Shown: piece after piece, positions 30,575 through 41,597 of the stretch
Position numbering within the stretch: position 1 is the first letter of the stretch
Layout of the letters: every line of letters begins with the position of its first letter
From: Methanocaldococcus sp. 28A
GTDB taxonomy: Archaea > AGJL01 > Methanococci > Methanococcales > Methanocaldococcaceae
DNA length: 64,000 nt
Direction: 5' to 3' (one strand)
Assembly (NCBI GenBank): GCA_049852185.1
Contig: CP187540.1
Made by a program: the position numbers and the translations under genes
Notes under the pieces: model-generated
Database searches by the model: none
Told to the model about the DNA's origin: nothing
What the model saw: only the letters and a program-made list of their open reading frames with translations

Positions 30575-33500
30575 TTATTCAACAGTAACACTCTTGGCTA
30601 AACCTCTTGGCTTATCTACGTCTCTCCCAAGTTCAACAGCTTTATAATAAGCCAATAACTGGAAAGCTGGAGCATAAACAATTGGAGAAATCTCCTCAAT
30701 AACTTCTGGAACTAATATATTTTCAGCTCCCTCTATTTCAATTGGAGTTATTGCTATTACCTTTCCCCCTCTTGCTCTAACCTCCTCTATATTTGATAGT
30801 ATTGAATTAAATACAGGAGAATCTCTTGGAGGAACTATTGCTACAGTATCCATGTTTTCATCAATTAATGATATAGTCCCATGCTTTAACATGCCTCCAC
30901 TCATTCCCTCTGCATGTAAATAAGTTATTTCTTTAAATTTTAACGCTCCTTCCATAGCACTTGCAATATTTATCCCTTTAGAGATGAATATGTAGTTATT
31001 TACCTTTAAATTATTGGCTATATTCCTAATAATATCTCTTTCATCTAAAACTTGTTTTATATAGTCTGGAATCTTCTCAATCTCTTTTTCATACTTGCTC
31101 ATATCTCTGCCTAAAAGCTTTCCATACTCAATAAACAATCTGTAGAGTATCATTAACTGTGAGGTATATGTTTTAGTTGCACAAACTGCTATCTCTATTC
31201 CTGCCCCCATCATTATAGTTATATCTGTCTCTCTTGTAGCTGTACTCCCTAAAACATTAACTATAACTGCAGTTTTAGCTTTTTTACTTTTAGCAAATCT
31301 CAAAGCTTTTAATGTATCATAAGTTTCTCCACTTTGTGTAATACCAATAACTAATGTTTTTTCATCAACAACCCCTTTATTTAAAAATTCAGAGGCATCA
31401 CATGCAATAACTAACTTCCCAAGCTTTGCAAATAAGTATTCTGCAACCATTGCTGCATGTAAAGAAGTTCCCATAGCTACAAGATAAATCCTATCATAAT
31501 CTTTAATGCATTCAGCCAATTTTTTAATTTCTTCAGCTGATATCTTGGCAGAGACCTTTAAAACCTCTGGTTGTTCCATAATTTCTTTTAGCATGAAGTG
31601 AGGATATCCCATCTTTTCAGCTGAAGTAATATCCCAATTAATTTCAATTATTTTTCTTTCTACAACATTTCCATTGTTTTCTATAACAACATCATAGCCG
31701 TTATCTTTCTTTTTAATTATAACAATATCTCCATCCTCTAAAGGAATTGCTTTATTTGTGTAATCTAAGAATGCAGTTACATCACTTCCCAAAAAGTAGC
31801 AGTTATTTCCAACTCCTAAAATTAGAGGACTTTCATTTCTTGCTCCAATTAATAGGTTTGGAAAGTTTTTATTTATTATTGCCAATGCATAAGTTCCTTT
31901 TAGTTTTTTAATTGCATTTTTAACGGCTTTTATGTAATTTTCTTCATTAATTTCTTCAAATTTCTTTAATTCTTCTTCAATTAAATGTGGAATAACTTCA
32001 GTATCTGTTTCTGATTTAAATTTGTGACCTTTCTTTGTTAATTCTTCTTTTAGCTCTTTATAATTACTTATAATCCCATTATGAACTACCGCAATCTCCT
32101 CTTTACAGTCAGTGTGAGGATGAGCGTTTTCTTTGCTTATATTTCCATGTGTAGCCCATCTCGAATTATGATTAATTATTAAGTTTCCAATAAAGTTATG
32201 ATATTCCTCAACCTCTAAATCATAAACATACTCAATATCTGATTCAATCTTTTCAATCTCAAATTTTGTCCAAACTACATCTCCATCTAAGAATTTTTTT
32301 AGATAGTTTGCTTTGTCATATAATCCTCTACTGTTTAGTTCTTCGATAATCTTTTTTATTGTATAGTCGGTGCAATAGTTATCTTCATTTTTTATTGTTT
32401 TTAATGAAACACCTACAAATGCCATAATTTCTTTTTTAGTCAGTGGAACTGAAATATATCTAAAGCTAAGTCCTTTCATTTTGTTTAATATGCCCTTTAA
32501 TTTTTCCATTTTGTCCTTTGCAGTAAAGCCAATGTATTTCTTAAATAATTCAAAGGATTTTTTATCACTTATAAGAAGTTTATGGAAATTGTTCCAATTT
32601 TTCTCTTTTCTCTCTATTTTTAAATATGATGCTAAAATTCCAAATCTCAACAATAAGAACTGAATTTCTTTTATAAGGCATTCGGAAGTCATTCCTATAC
32701 CAATTTGCTTAGCATCACCTCCTATATAACCTTCTGCATCAAATATTCCCCTTAAATATGATGCAACTAAATCATTATTTAATCTAAATACAAATTCAGG
32801 AGTTCTCTCATGACCTGTTTTATTAAACAACTCTGGAATATTCCCTTTAAACCAATCAACTAAGTATTTGCTGTTTATTTCCAATATGTAATAATTGCCC
32901 TCACCTTTTTTGATATTTCCTTCTACGTTAAAAACATTTTTAAATAGTTTATTGTAATATTCCAAGACTTTTTTTCTTTCATCTTTTAATCTTAACATTC
33001 TATTTAAAGAGCATCTATTTCCAATAATATAACCAATAATTTGCATTAATTCATGAGTTGGAGTTTTTGGAAATTTGACAGGATTTGTATAATGTAAATT
33101 ATCCTTATCTACAATCTCTTCAAAGTTGATGCCATAGAGAGAGCATAATTTCTTTAATTTCTCTTCTTTAATGCTTTCCAATCTTCCATTTTCAATTTTT
33201 TCAATGTAGCTTTCTTTTACTCCTACTAATCTTTCAATGTCTTTTCTTGTTAATCCCAATTTTTCTCTAACTTTTCTTAGTTTATTTCTTATTGTTTCGT
33301 CTAACTTATAATGCCTTTCAACATACACATCCTTAAACTCAACTCTATTATTAAAATTATAATTTAACTTCCTTACTATACCAATTAACTCACGTCCATT
33401 TAAATCTTTAACACATTTCTCAACTATCTTTCCATTTTCTACAACAAACAGTTTATGTTCTCCAGTTATGATAAGTTCAGAAAAAGCTGTTTTTATCTTA

Positions 33501-33874
33501 TATAATACCTTTGGTGCTTTATGTTTAAACTTTTTGATTTTTTTATTATATACTTTCAAATCTTCAAAATTAACTGATAAAACCTCATTTTTATCATCAA
33601 TTTCAGAAATCTTTTTTATTTTTCCATTTGGTAGTATAATATAAGTATCTGGATGCAAACAATGTCCTATTCCCATATTTCCATAAACACTTAAAAAATC
33701 TTCTTTTTCGGCAACTTCTTCAACTTTTCCAACATTTTTTTTAATAATTAACTTGTCCTCATTAATAACCCCAATCCCACAGCTGTCATATCCTCTATAT
33801 TCTAGCCTTCTTAAACCATTTAATAAGATTTTTGAAGCCTTATCATTTCCAATATAACCAATAATACCACACAT
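30575..33874 (-). CDS. glmS: Glutamine-fructose-6-phosphate aminotransferase with intein
   Basis: MCGIIG, LEYRGYDS, H|SRWATHG, SIS domains, DKPRGLAKSVTVE. Confidence 0.96.
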   Translation of the reverse strand: MCGIIGYIGNDKASKILLNGLRRLEYRGYDSCGIGVINEDKLIIKKNVGKVEEVAEKEDFLSVYGNMGIGHCLHPDTYIILPNGKIKKISEIDDKNEVLSVNFEDLKVYNKKIKKFKHKAPKVLYKIKTAFSELIITGEHKLFVVENGKIVEKCVKDLNGRELIGIVRKLNYNFNNRVEFKDVYVERHYKLDETIRNKLRKVREKLGLTRKDIERLVGVKESYIEKIENGRLESIKEEKLKKLCSLYGINFEEIVDKDNLHYTNPVKFPKTPTHELMQIIGYIIGNRCSLNRMLRLKDERKKVLEYYNKLFKNVFNVEGNIKKGEGNYYILEINSKYLVDWFKGNIPELFNKTGHERTPEFVFRLNNDLVASYLRGIFDAEGYIGGDAKQIGIGMTSECLIKEIQFLLLRFGILASYLKIERKEKNWNNFHKLLISDKKSFELFKKYIGFTAKDKMEKLKGILNKMKGLSFRYISVPLTKKEIMAFVGVSLKTIKNEDNYCTDYTIKKIIEELNSRGLYDKANYLKKFLDGDVVWTKFEIEKIESDIEYVYDLEVEEYHNFIGNLIINHNSRWATHGNISKENAHPHTDCKEEIAVVHNGIISNYKELKEELTKKGHKFKSETDTEVIPHLIEEELKKFEEINEENYIKAVKNAIKKLKGTYALAIINKNFPNLLIGARNESPLILGVGNNCYFLGSDVTAFLDYTNKAIPLEDGDIVIIKKKDNGYDVVIENNGNVVERKIIEINWDITSAEKMGYPHFMLKEIMEQPEVLKVSAKISAEEIKKLAECIKDYDRIYLVAMGTSLHAAMVAEYLFAKLGKLVIACDASEFLNKGVVDEKTLVIGITQSGETYDTLKALRFAKSKKAKTAVIVNVLGSTATRETDITIMMGAGIEIAVCATKTYTSQLMILYRLFIEYGKLLGRDMSKYEKEIEKIPDYIKQVLDERDIIRNIANNLKVNNYIFISKGINIASAMEGALKFKEITYLHAEGMSGGMLKHGTISLIDENMDTVAIVPPRDSPVFNSILSNIEEVRARGGKVIAITPIEIEGAENILVPEVIEEISPIVYAPAFQLLAYYKAVELGRDVDKPRGLAKSVTVE
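32165..33661 (-). mobile_element. Intein (499 aa) with HTH and LAGLIDADG domains
   Basis: GIGH|CLHPDT ... VYDLEV..HNFIGNLIINHN|SRW; block B ITGEHKLF; YLRGIFDAEG. Confidence 0.95.
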
Positions 33875-33950
33875 ATATTTCCACCGATAAACCTAAATAT
33901 TTCCTAAAGTAATAAATAGTTAAAGCTAAGAGTTTATATATAAAGAGATA

Positions 33951-34145
33951 ATGAAAGCTGTCCCAGATGCGTGAGAAAATGGAGTCCCAAGAGGGACAGT
34001 TATCATCAACTTTTAATTAATGGGAGGAGCTGGGGTCCCCTCGACAGGGGAAGAGACCTATGCCTCCCAATGAACCCAGAGGGAGGCTGGGTTGATGACA
34101 CTCAAGTCCAACATTGTTTATGTTGGACAGACCCCTACCCCTACT
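33951..34145 (+). ncRNA. Putative TnpB omega-RNA/sotRNA-like structured RNA (orphan)
   Basis: GC-rich island after TTTATATA (33933-33940); stems GCTGTCCC/GGGACAGT, CCCCT/AGGGG, ACCCAG/CTGGGT, GTCCAACAT/ATGTTGGAC; relic frames CPRC(G)EKMESQEGQ and MGGAGVPSTGEE. Confidence 0.65.
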
Positions 34146-34215
34146 AAACAATTAATATTACTGATTAACTTTTTCTCTTTTAAATATTATAATGCTTTGT
34201 TTGGAGGTGAGAGTT

Positions 34216-34497
34216 ATGGTATTTGGTAGTGCAGCGAGGGAGAAAACACCTGAAGAAATATTAAAAGGGGTCGCTTTAATGTTAGATGAGATAATTAATG
34301 ATACAACAGTTCCAAGAAACATTAGAGCTGCTGCAGAAAAAGCTAAGGAAGCTGTTTTAAAAGAGGGGGAGGAACCAATTGTTAGAAGTGCAACCGCAAT
34401 TCATATATTGGATGAGATTAGCAACGACCCAAACATGCCACTTCACACAAGAACTCAAATATGGAGCATTGTTAGTGAATTAGAGAGGGTTAAATAA
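34216..34497 (+). CDS. UPF0147 family protein
   Basis: [25 protein letters not shown]. Confidence 0.9.
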   Translation: MVFGSAAREKTPEEILKGVALMLDEIINDTTVPRNIRAAAEKAKEAVLKEGEEPIVRSATAIHILDEISNDPNMPLHTRTQIWSIVSELERVK

Positions 34498-35040
34498 TTT
34501 ATTTGATAAATGCTTTAAAAGTGTGAGCTTTGCCTGTTCTTCTAAAACTTCTACCTTTATATATGCATCTATCAAATCCTTTCCTAAGCACACAACACCA
34601 TGATTTTTTAATATAATTACATCTTCATCTCTTTTTGCAGTTTCTTCAGCCAATTTCAAACTACCTGCTTCAAAATAATCCACATAACCAATCTTTTTTA
34701 AAAATATTTCTCCTTCTGGTGTTAAAAGCTCAATTTCCTTATTTATTGTTGATAAAAAAGTTGAAATAAGTGAATGAGTATGAATTATTGCATTTATATC
34801 TTTTCTTTTTTTATAAATCATTAAGTGGAAATTTTTTTCTGATGTAGGTTTTCCTTTTATAACATTACCATCTAAATCAACTTCAGCTATGTCATCTTCT
34901 TTTAAAAATCCTAAGATTGAGCCAGTAGGTGTTAAATATATTTTATTTCCTTCTCTAACTGATACATTTCCCCCACTACCCACAACATACTTCCTGTCAT
35001 ACAATCTTTTACAGATTTCAATAAACTGGCTTTTATCCAT
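34480..35040 (-). CDS. fucA: Class II aldolase (L-fuculose-phosphate aldolase)
   Basis: GGNVSVR, PTSE..FH, IHTHS, LKNHG. Confidence 0.85.
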   Translation of the reverse strand: MDKSQFIEICKRLYDRKYVVGSGGNVSVREGNKIYLTPTGSILGFLKEDDIAEVDLDGNVIKGKPTSEKNFHLMIYKKRKDINAIIHTHSLISTFLSTINKEIELLTPEGEIFLKKIGYVDYFEAGSLKLAEETAKRDEDVIILKNHGVVCLGKDLIDAYIKVEVLEEQAKLTLLKHLSNKLFNPL

Positions 35041-35051
35041 AATCTCACTTT

Positions 35052-35342
35052 TTATAAAATAAAAACTTTTATTAAAATTATTATAATCAAAAAATATAAG
35101 ATTACAATTAATAAGTTAATAATTAATATATATGTTTTAATAACGGACAAAATTTTTTTAAATTCATCTATTGTTCTTAAATACATCCCCATAAATATTA
35201 TAATGTCATTTTTTAGATTATTTTCAATTTTTTTATTTAATTTATTTTCATAATTAATAAGTTTTGCATCTACTCTTTTCTCAATTTCTAAAATTTTTTT
35301 ACTCAATACCTCCAATCTCTCTTCAATTTCATTATCATCCAT
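35052..35342 (-). CDS. Small hypothetical coiled-coil protein with C-terminal TM helix
   Basis: 96-aa very AT-rich ORF filling the lonB-fucA gap; no recognisable family. Confidence 0.55.
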   Translation of the reverse strand: MDDNEIEERLEVLSKKILEIEKRVDAKLINYENKLNKKIENNLKNDIIIFMGMYLRTIDEFKKILSVIKTYILIINLLIVILYFLIIIILIKVFIL

Positions 35343-35373
35343 AGTAGCACTTCTTTTTAAACTATTTAAACTA

Positions 35374-37338
35374 TTAATTTGTTTTAATATCTTCTTTTTT
35401 ATATTTTATAGAATCTAAGTCAAATACAAGAGGTATTATTTCATCTAAAGTTTTTACAGGAATAATCTCTATTCCTTCTGTCTCAATAACATCTACCATG
35501 TTTGCCTCAGGAATTATTACTCTTTTAAACCCATATCTCTTTGCTGCCTCTATTTTTTCATTAACTCCTCCAATTGCTAAAACATTTCCACTTAAATCTA
35601 AGCTTCCAGTTATAGCGAAGTCCTGTTTTAATGGAATTTCTAATAAAGCTGAGATTATTGCTAAACAAACTGCAGCTGTAGCACTATCTCCATCAATCTT
35701 TGAATAGGACTGGCTGAATTGAATATATATATCTTTGTTATTTAGGTCAATATCCTTCTTAGGTAGTGGCAATTTACCCTCACTAACAAGTTTTTTTGAT
35801 AATGCTGAAGCCAAAGTTATTGAATGCTTTGCAATATCTCCAGAAATATTTAGTAGATGAGTTCCAGGATTTTTTGAATCTAATATTTGAACTATAATCT
35901 TTGTTACATCTCCAATTCCTCCAGTTCCTAAAACTGCTAAGCCATATATAACTCCAACCTTTGGCTTATCGTTTGGCATAATATGCTTATATCTCTTGAA
36001 GTTTTTAATGTAGTTTAATGCCACTTGTTTCTCCATACTGTAGATTCCTGATTCAAATACTTTTTTTATGTGCTCAGCTGTTATATACACTTTGCTATTT
36101 TTATCTTTTTGAGTTTCAGGTTCATAGTTACCTCTCTCATCAAAATTACCCAATAATTCCTCAATATCTTTGCCCATTGCTACATCATTAGCCATTTTTA
36201 TTATATTTGATAACAATCTTAGCCTTAAGGTTAATTTATCCTTAGAACCAGCTAAGTATTGAGCAATTTTTACAACTTCACAACATCCATCATAAGTCAT
36301 TGGGTTTAAGTTATTATTTTTAATTTCTTGAACTATAAACTGTAGTAACTTATCTCTATTCTCTAATGTGTTGTCCATCTTGTTCTTTAAAACTATTTTA
36401 TAGTCAATTCTATCCAACAATGGAGCTCTTAAATTATAAACATCATCCATGTTTCCAGACATTATTAAGATGAAATCGCAAGGTATTGGATTTGTTTCTA
36501 CAGTAGCCCCACTTGAATTTGGGTTTCTTCCACTAATTGGAAGCTTTTTATCTTGTAAGGCAGTTAAGATATAATCTTGCACTTCCAATGGCATTGTCTT
36601 TATTTCATCTACATACAAAATTCCTCTGTGTGCTTCATGAATTGCTCCCAATATAATCCTCTTATGTGGAGGAGTACCTAATGGAGGTCTTCCTCCTAAT
36701 GGACAATGTTTTATATCTCCTAACAACCTTGTTACGTTGTAAGCACTTGCTCTTACAAGAGGCCTTTTTTTGCATTCATACAGCAGAACAGGTTTTAAAT
36801 CCATTGGGCTCAAATTATTTGACATAGAAGACCTTGATGTCCCCATTATAGTAGTTAATATTATTACAAATCCAAATATTAAAACTATGAGAGATATTAT
36901 AGTTACCGCTGCAAGTAGATAGGTTTCAGGCATACCTCTTAAAAGAAACTCTGATAATAAAATTGCTATAATCATTATTAAAAGTAGAGTTGTTGAATTC
37001 GGAGATTTAAAGTCTAATTTTGCTACATCTTTGGAATCTTCTTTATATTCTCCATCAATAACCTCTACTATTGGTCTTTCCATATTGTTTAAATTTGGTT
37101 TTGCAATAACATAATAAGGTGTAAATTCTCCAAAATCTTGTAATATTTCTCCAATTGCTTTTACTATCATTGACTTCCCTACTCCTGGGTCTCCTAACAA
37201 AATAACATTTCTTTTATTTTTTACAGCTGATAAAACAATTTTTACAGCCTCATCTTGCCCAATAACTTGGTCAATCAATCTTGGAGATGGTTCAGGTAAT
37301 TCCTCAGTTGTTTTGAATTTCATTGAAAACATACTCAC
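35374..37338 (-). CDS. lonB: ATP-dependent Lon protease (archaeal LonB)
   Basis: GDPGVGKS, TM insertion in the AAA+ domain, DGDSAT, GGVNEKI. Confidence 0.94.
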   Translation of the reverse strand: MSMFSMKFKTTEELPEPSPRLIDQVIGQDEAVKIVLSAVKNKRNVILLGDPGVGKSMIVKAIGEILQDFGEFTPYYVIAKPNLNNMERPIVEVIDGEYKEDSKDVAKLDFKSPNSTTLLLIMIIAILLSEFLLRGMPETYLLAAVTIISLIVLIFGFVIILTTIMGTSRSSMSNNLSPMDLKPVLLYECKKRPLVRASAYNVTRLLGDIKHCPLGGRPPLGTPPHKRIILGAIHEAHRGILYVDEIKTMPLEVQDYILTALQDKKLPISGRNPNSSGATVETNPIPCDFILIMSGNMDDVYNLRAPLLDRIDYKIVLKNKMDNTLENRDKLLQFIVQEIKNNNLNPMTYDGCCEVVKIAQYLAGSKDKLTLRLRLLSNIIKMANDVAMGKDIEELLGNFDERGNYEPETQKDKNSKVYITAEHIKKVFESGIYSMEKQVALNYIKNFKRYKHIMPNDKPKVGVIYGLAVLGTGGIGDVTKIIVQILDSKNPGTHLLNISGDIAKHSITLASALSKKLVSEGKLPLPKKDIDLNNKDIYIQFSQSYSKIDGDSATAAVCLAIISALLEIPLKQDFAITGSLDLSGNVLAIGGVNEKIEAAKRYGFKRVIIPEANMVDVIETEGIEIIPVKTLDEIIPLVFDLDSIKYKKEDIKTN

Positions 37339-37490
37339 ACCTTAAACTTAGTTAAAAATTTGTTTTTTCCTGTAAATTTTTGTACATCTAAATAAATAAT
37401 TTTTATAATCTCATAATTATAATTAATAATTATAAAACTAATATTGAAAATACAAAAGCTAATATTTATAAGTTTTTATTGGGTGAAAAA

Positions 37491-38843
37491 ATGGACTTAG
37501 AGGGATATGTTAGAAGATGTCTAAGAAAAAAAATTCCAGAAAATAAGATTATTGAAGATGGATTTAAGAGAATTTTAGAAATTAAAGAAAATGTGGATGA
37601 AGAATTTGCTAAAAAGTTTATAAAAGCAATATTAGAAGAGGTAAAAACTACTGAAAAATTTAAAGAAATTGATGATGAGAATTTAAAAAACCTGTTGAAA
37701 TATCCAGAGTCAAAAGTTACAATGGGAGAAATGGGAGTTGGAAGTAGAGGAGAAGGAGATTTTTTTGTTCATAGAGAGATAGCAAGGATAGTTAAAAGCA
37801 CTAAAGTTAAAGCCTATGTTTCAGCTGAAGAGCAAGATGATGCTGGAATTGTTAAGGCTGATGCAAAATATATAGTTGCAGCAATAGATGGGACTCATTC
37901 AAGGCTTAGTGATTTCCCATTCTTAGGAGGTTTTCATGTAGCAAGAGCTGCTTTAAGAGATATTTATGTTATGGGAGCTGAGGCTGTTGCTTTAATTAGT
38001 GATGTGCATTTAGCTGATGATGGAGATATTGGAAAAATATTTGATTTTACAGCAGGAATATGTGCAGTTTCTGAGGCGGTTAATGTTCCTTTAATAGGGG
38101 GAAGCACTTTAAGAGTTGGAGGAGATATGGTAATTGGAGACAGGTTGGTTAGTGCTGTTGGAGCAATTGGAGTTATTAAAGAAGGAGAACCAACAGCAAG
38201 AAGAAATGCTGAGATTGGAGATATCATATTGATGACAGAGGGTAGTGGGGGAGGGACAATAACGACAACTGCCTTATATTACGGATGGTTTGATGTGATT
38301 TATGAAACTTTAAATGTAGATTTTATAAAAGCTTGCCAAAATTTGATTAAAAGTGGTTTAATTAAAAATATTCATGCAATGACTGATGTTACAAATGGTG
38401 GTTTAAGGGGAGATGCTTATGAAATTTCAAAAACAGCCAAAGTTTCATTAATATTTGATAAAGAGAAAGTTTATAAAACAATTAATCCAAAGGTTTTGGA
38501 AATGCTTGAAGCATTGAATATAGACCCTCTCGGTGTTTCTACAGACTCTCTAATGATTATATGTCCAGAAGAATATGCTAAAGAGATAAAAAAAGTTACT
38601 GGAGCTATAGAAGTAGGATATGTTGAAGAAGGTAATGAGAGTTATTTAGTTGATGGAAACAAAAAAATTCCACTAAAACCAATGTTTAGAGAATCTGCCT
38701 ACACACCAGTTAAAAAGGTTGTTGGTGAGAAAAAACCTAAAAACTTTGAGGAGATGAAAGAAAAGGTTAAAAAAGCATGTGATGAAGCAATTAAAAAGAA
38801 AGATTTTGTAGTTGAATTATTAAAAAAGAGGAAGGATAATTAA
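37491..38843 (+). CDS. AIR synthase-related (PurM/HypE-like) protein
   Basis: GSRGEGDFFVH, DDAG, DGTHSRL, MTDVTNGG. Confidence 0.82.
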   Translation: MDLEGYVRRCLRKKIPENKIIEDGFKRILEIKENVDEEFAKKFIKAILEEVKTTEKFKEIDDENLKNLLKYPESKVTMGEMGVGSRGEGDFFVHREIARIVKSTKVKAYVSAEEQDDAGIVKADAKYIVAAIDGTHSRLSDFPFLGGFHVARAALRDIYVMGAEAVALISDVHLADDGDIGKIFDFTAGICAVSEAVNVPLIGGSTLRVGGDMVIGDRLVSAVGAIGVIKEGEPTARRNAEIGDIILMTEGSGGGTITTTALYYGWFDVIYETLNVDFIKACQNLIKSGLIKNIHAMTDVTNGGLRGDAYEISKTAKVSLIFDKEKVYKTINPKVLEMLEALNIDPLGVSTDSLMIICPEEYAKEIKKVTGAIEVGYVEEGNESYLVDGNKKIPLKPMFRESAYTPVKKVVGEKKPKNFEEMKEKVKKACDEAIKKKDFVVELLKKRKDN

Positions 38844-38862
38844 AATAAATTTTTATAAATTT

Positions 38863-39975
38863 TTAATACTTTCCTTCTAAGATTTTTACAGCAATTTCCT
38901 TTGCTTGCTCTCTCTTCTCTTTCAAATCTTTTAAAAACTCTACAACCATTTCATAAGCCATTTTTTTACATTTACCACAAGTTAGCTCTCCATTTTTACA
39001 TTTTTGATATATATCAGCAAGTTCTTTATCATCTAAGATTAAGTGATATAAGAATAGTTCATAAATTACACATTCTTCTGGAATTCCTCCATATTTTTTA
39101 TGCTCCTCCAAAGTCTCTCTTCCTCCAGTTTTAGCTGAGAATATCTTCTTTTTAACAGTTTTTTCATCATCAGTTAAAAATATTGCTGTCTCTGGTTTTG
39201 AAGAGCTCATTTTTCCTCCTAACAATCCAGTCATAAATCTATGATAGGTTGAAGAAGGAGGGATGAAGTTATATTCCTTAGCTCTATTTGCGATATCCCT
39301 TGTTAATCTTATATGAGGGTCTTGGTCTATTCCAACGGGAACAACAACTGGTTTAGGTTCTGGATTTAAATTTTCATCAAGTTGAGGATGTAAAATATCT
39401 GCAACTTGAACTATTGGAGCAAAGACATGTCCAATATTTGTTTCTCCTTTAAATCCATAAATTGCTTTCATTTCACTCCAATTTGTTCTTTTAGATAAAA
39501 TTAAAGCCAAATCTTTAACTTTCTGATATTTTGATTGTAAATAAACATTAATTTTTTCTGGTTCCAACCCTAAAGCTATGTAGTTAGTTATATATTCATT
39601 TAAAGCTAATTCTTTTGTAGTTTCAAAGCTCATGTTTCTTGTCCAATATGCCTCCAAATCAGCTATGGGGATATTTATATTGTCAGTGTATTTTTGATAG
39701 AATTTTAATAAATCTACCACCATCTTATGCCCAAAGTGCATTTTTCCAGAAGGCATCATTCCACTAACTACTGCAAACTCTTTATTATTCTTTATAGCAT
39801 CAACTATTCTCTCAAAATCTCTATGACCCAATATAATATTCCTCCTAAAGAAATGATGCTCCTCTTTCAAATTATCCAAAACATCAGCTATTGGCTTAAC
39901 TCCAAACTGTTCCATTGTTTTTTTATAATCAATAACTGCCGGTGTTTCCCATGGAGTTAATTCCATAAATTTCAC
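38863..39975 (-). CDS. trpS: Tryptophanyl-tRNA synthetase
   Basis: PSGKMHFGH, GIDQDPH, KMSSS. Confidence 0.95.
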   Translation of the reverse strand: MKFMELTPWETPAVIDYKKTMEQFGVKPIADVLDNLKEEHHFFRRNIILGHRDFERIVDAIKNNKEFAVVSGMMPSGKMHFGHKMVVDLLKFYQKYTDNINIPIADLEAYWTRNMSFETTKELALNEYITNYIALGLEPEKINVYLQSKYQKVKDLALILSKRTNWSEMKAIYGFKGETNIGHVFAPIVQVADILHPQLDENLNPEPKPVVVPVGIDQDPHIRLTRDIANRAKEYNFIPPSSTYHRFMTGLLGGKMSSSKPETAIFLTDDEKTVKKKIFSAKTGGRETLEEHKKYGGIPEECVIYELFLYHLILDDKELADIYQKCKNGELTCGKCKKMAYEMVVEFLKDLKEKREQAKEIAVKILEGKY

Positions 39976-40082
39976 CTTTAGAAACTTTGGGTGATTAGAT
40001 ATTACTTAAAGTAGTTTATAAACTAAATAATAAAAAATTCACTCATTTAATAATTAAAAGCATAAAAAGAAAAAAATTATTT

Positions 40083-41579
40083 TTATTTTTTTAACAATAA
40101 ATAAACATCTTCCCCACTTTTTACATTTTTTAAATATTCAGCATTTTCAACAATTTTCCCAACAATATTTGTTTTTTCAAAGCTCTCTCCTGTAGGTCCA
40201 AATTTTTCACTCTCTCCCAATCTAACGCCAATCATCCCTTTATACCTACTAACCATGTTTGTTACTCCAATAGCATATTGTTCAACTTTATCTGTTGGTG
40301 TGTTTTCAGGCAATAAACCTTTAGCATATTCAGAATTTCCTTTAAACATTATAACATCTTTATGTTTGAAATAAACATGTAATTTTCCAACTCTTTTTGT
40401 TGTTAATCCAGTAGTTTTTCTGAAATACCATGTTGTTATTGGAGCTTTATCCTCATATAACTCTATAACAACTATTTTACTCTTATCCAATCCTCTAATT
40501 TTAACTTTCTTTTCTTTTAATACCTCTAAGGTGTATTCTGGCTCTTGCTCAACAACAATTGCATTTTCTAAATCACCCTCTTTCTCTACCTCTATATTGT
40601 ATTTTTTAAATATTTCCTCAGCTTCTTCTATAGTTAAACCAATAGCACACAACCTCTCAGGGCTTATTTTCACTGACAAAATTCCAGAGTCAGAGAAATC
40701 AATAAGCTCCATCCCTTCCTGAACTCTTCCAACAACTGTATGAGATAGAGAGGAACTCCTACTTTCTCTATAGATATAAACTTTACCCTCTCCTACCCCA
40801 TAATTTCTTACGGTTATAAAGCCTCTCTCCCTATCAATTAAATTCCCTTCTTCAATTTTTAATGTTTGTAATCTGCAATCTGCAATATAAGTATTTGTAT
40901 TTTCAGAAATCTCAAATATTCCATTCTCCATTAAAGCTAAACAATGCTCTACTGCTGAAGGAGTTCCATCAAACTCAGCTGTAAAGTACGTGTAAATCTT
41001 CCAGCCATCTTCTAATTTTAAATCTAAATCAGTAGTTACTAAGTAATCAACGGCCTCTTTCTCCTCTCTAATTGGCTCTATATCTATAATTTTATCTCCA
41101 ACTTCTAACCTATTAATAACCCACTTACCTCCAACAACAATTCCAATCTTTGGCTCTTTTAATCCATAAACTCCCTCAGTTTTTTTCTTAATAAATACAA
41201 TATGTCCCTCATCTTTATCTAAACCAGATATACTTAAAACAACATCCCATTTTTTAAACTCTTTTGGTTCAGTAGAAATTTCTAAGTCAATTGTTGTTGA
41301 ACCAAAAGCCAAATCTATTCCACTAACCCATCTAAGCTTTTTCACAAAATCTTTGTAATTATTTATGAAAAATTTCGCTGTTTCGTTATCTTCAGTTATT
41401 GCTATTGTTATATTCCCCTTAGTTGTTTTAATTAAAAATTTCTTTGGAATTTTTTCAGCTTCTCTTTTAATTCCTTTTATAATAACAATATTTGCTCCCT
41501 CTTTATAATACTCATCCTTTATTACATCTTTTAAAGTTTCTCCAACCTTTTCTTTTCCATTTACAATTACCTTAGCCAT
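40083..41579 (-). CDS. Methanogenesis marker protein 3 (cyclophilin-like)
   Basis: [29 protein letters not shown]. Confidence 0.85.
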   Translation of the reverse strand: MAKVIVNGKEKVGETLKDVIKDEYYKEGANIVIIKGIKREAEKIPKKFLIKTTKGNITIAITEDNETAKFFINNYKDFVKKLRWVSGIDLAFGSTTIDLEISTEPKEFKKWDVVLSISGLDKDEGHIVFIKKKTEGVYGLKEPKIGIVVGGKWVINRLEVGDKIIDIEPIREEKEAVDYLVTTDLDLKLEDGWKIYTYFTAEFDGTPSAVEHCLALMENGIFEISENTNTYIADCRLQTLKIEEGNLIDRERGFITVRNYGVGEGKVYIYRESRSSSLSHTVVGRVQEGMELIDFSDSGILSVKISPERLCAIGLTIEEAEEIFKKYNIEVEKEGDLENAIVVEQEPEYTLEVLKEKKVKIRGLDKSKIVVIELYEDKAPITTWYFRKTTGLTTKRVGKLHVYFKHKDVIMFKGNSEYAKGLLPENTPTDKVEQYAIGVTNMVSRYKGMIGVRLGESEKFGPTGESFEKTNIVGKIVENAEYLKNVKSGEDVYLLLKK

Positions 41580-41597
41580 AGTCTCACCAAATTAAAC

